Shown here: in pieces, positions 63,378-64,000 of the stretch
Position numbering within the stretch: position 1 is the first letter of the stretch
Layout: each line of letters starts with the position of its first letter
Notes under the pieces: generated by a model
Database searches by the model: none
The model's input: the letters and a program-made list of their open reading frames with translations, nothing else
Told to the model about the DNA's origin: nothing
Origin: Octopus bimaculoides
Taxonomy: Eukaryota
Reading direction: 5' to 3'
Length of the DNA stretch: 64,000 nt
Assembly (NCBI RefSeq): GCF_001194135.2
Contig: NC_069003.1
Location: forward strand, 26,595,106-26,659,105
Position numbers and translations under genes: made by a program

Positions 63378-63727
63378 CTAATGTAAAATAATATATATAT
63401 ATATTACAGTAACTATATATGTGTGGGTGTGTGAATGTGGGGGATTTAAATTGAAATTAAACTCCTATAAGAAATATCTAGACTACAAAATATACGTTAA
63501 GGGGATGAGGTGGTCTGTTTTCTTTCAAAATTTAAAGTAAATCAATTTTTTTTTTGAGATATAAAATTAATTCTTTTAATTAATTTTTCGTTCTGATTTT
63601 TTTACAGTCACCCCAGTAAACTAAGTGTTTATTTTCTTTTTGTTTGAGATAGAAAAAAAAAAAGAAATACCCGACCCCAGAACAAAACAGTAAAGAACTA
63701 GAACAAGGCGATACACACGGAACAATA

Positions 63728-63747
63728 ATTCCAGGATATTTTAGAAA
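63728..63747. promoter_or_regulatory. Imperfect four-pentamer HSE-like motif
   Basis: aTTCc aGGAt aTTTt aGAAa (2 mismatches) upstream of exon 1. Confidence 0.25.
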
Positions 63748-64000
63748 AATATTAAATAATAATAATCATTCATGATTTTCCAGTTAAGTTTCTTGATGTT
63801 GGTGGGTTTTTTTTTTGTTTTTGTAGGGTCCTTTTTTGGCGTATGTGGCCCTTATTAGGGTGCATTGATAGGGAAATTTATACAGTATGTGACCCTTATA
63901 TAGAAGAAGGAAGGATTTGTTTTTGTTTTTTTCGCAATATGTTGCTCTTATAGAAAGGGTTTGTAAGGTTTACAGTAATGTGGTCCTTATATTTTTGGTG

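Overview
AT-rich, repeat-saturated animal genomic DNA with 15 assembly gaps. The SINE families and (TA)n/(CA)n load suggest an octopus, which is an inference. The window is dominated by one minus-strand gene, a BAG3-like co-chaperone. Its WW-domain exon (62809-63105) joins in phase 0, across a ~51-kb intron (11792-62808), to a Pro/Gln/His-rich exon with four IPV/IPI motifs (11102-11791) that runs into a gap. No BAG domain is visible. The intron holds several tRNA-derived SINE families, RTE, CR1-like, Penelope and Gypsy fragments, mariner/hAT/piggyBac-like MITEs and a 29-bp minisatellite. The most interesting observations are: (1) a complete type I hammerhead ribozyme on the pre-mRNA strand inside a Penelope-like inverted repeat (48653-48737); (2) a 3x36-bp repeat just upstream of the BAG3 ATG that reads as heat-shock elements, as a uORF, and as an in-frame N-terminal extension; (3) repeated HSE-like GAAAGTTCTCGA motifs next to a CpG-rich, TATA-bearing candidate internal promoter (44-47.6 kb); (4) in-frame candidate cassette microexons (66 nt and 27 nt) and a possible poison exon; (5) candidate last exons of a convergent plus-strand gene at 6.1 and 8.5 kb. 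Apart from the two BAG3 exons, all exon, promoter and activity claims are predictions that need RNA data. Repeat boundaries are approximate.
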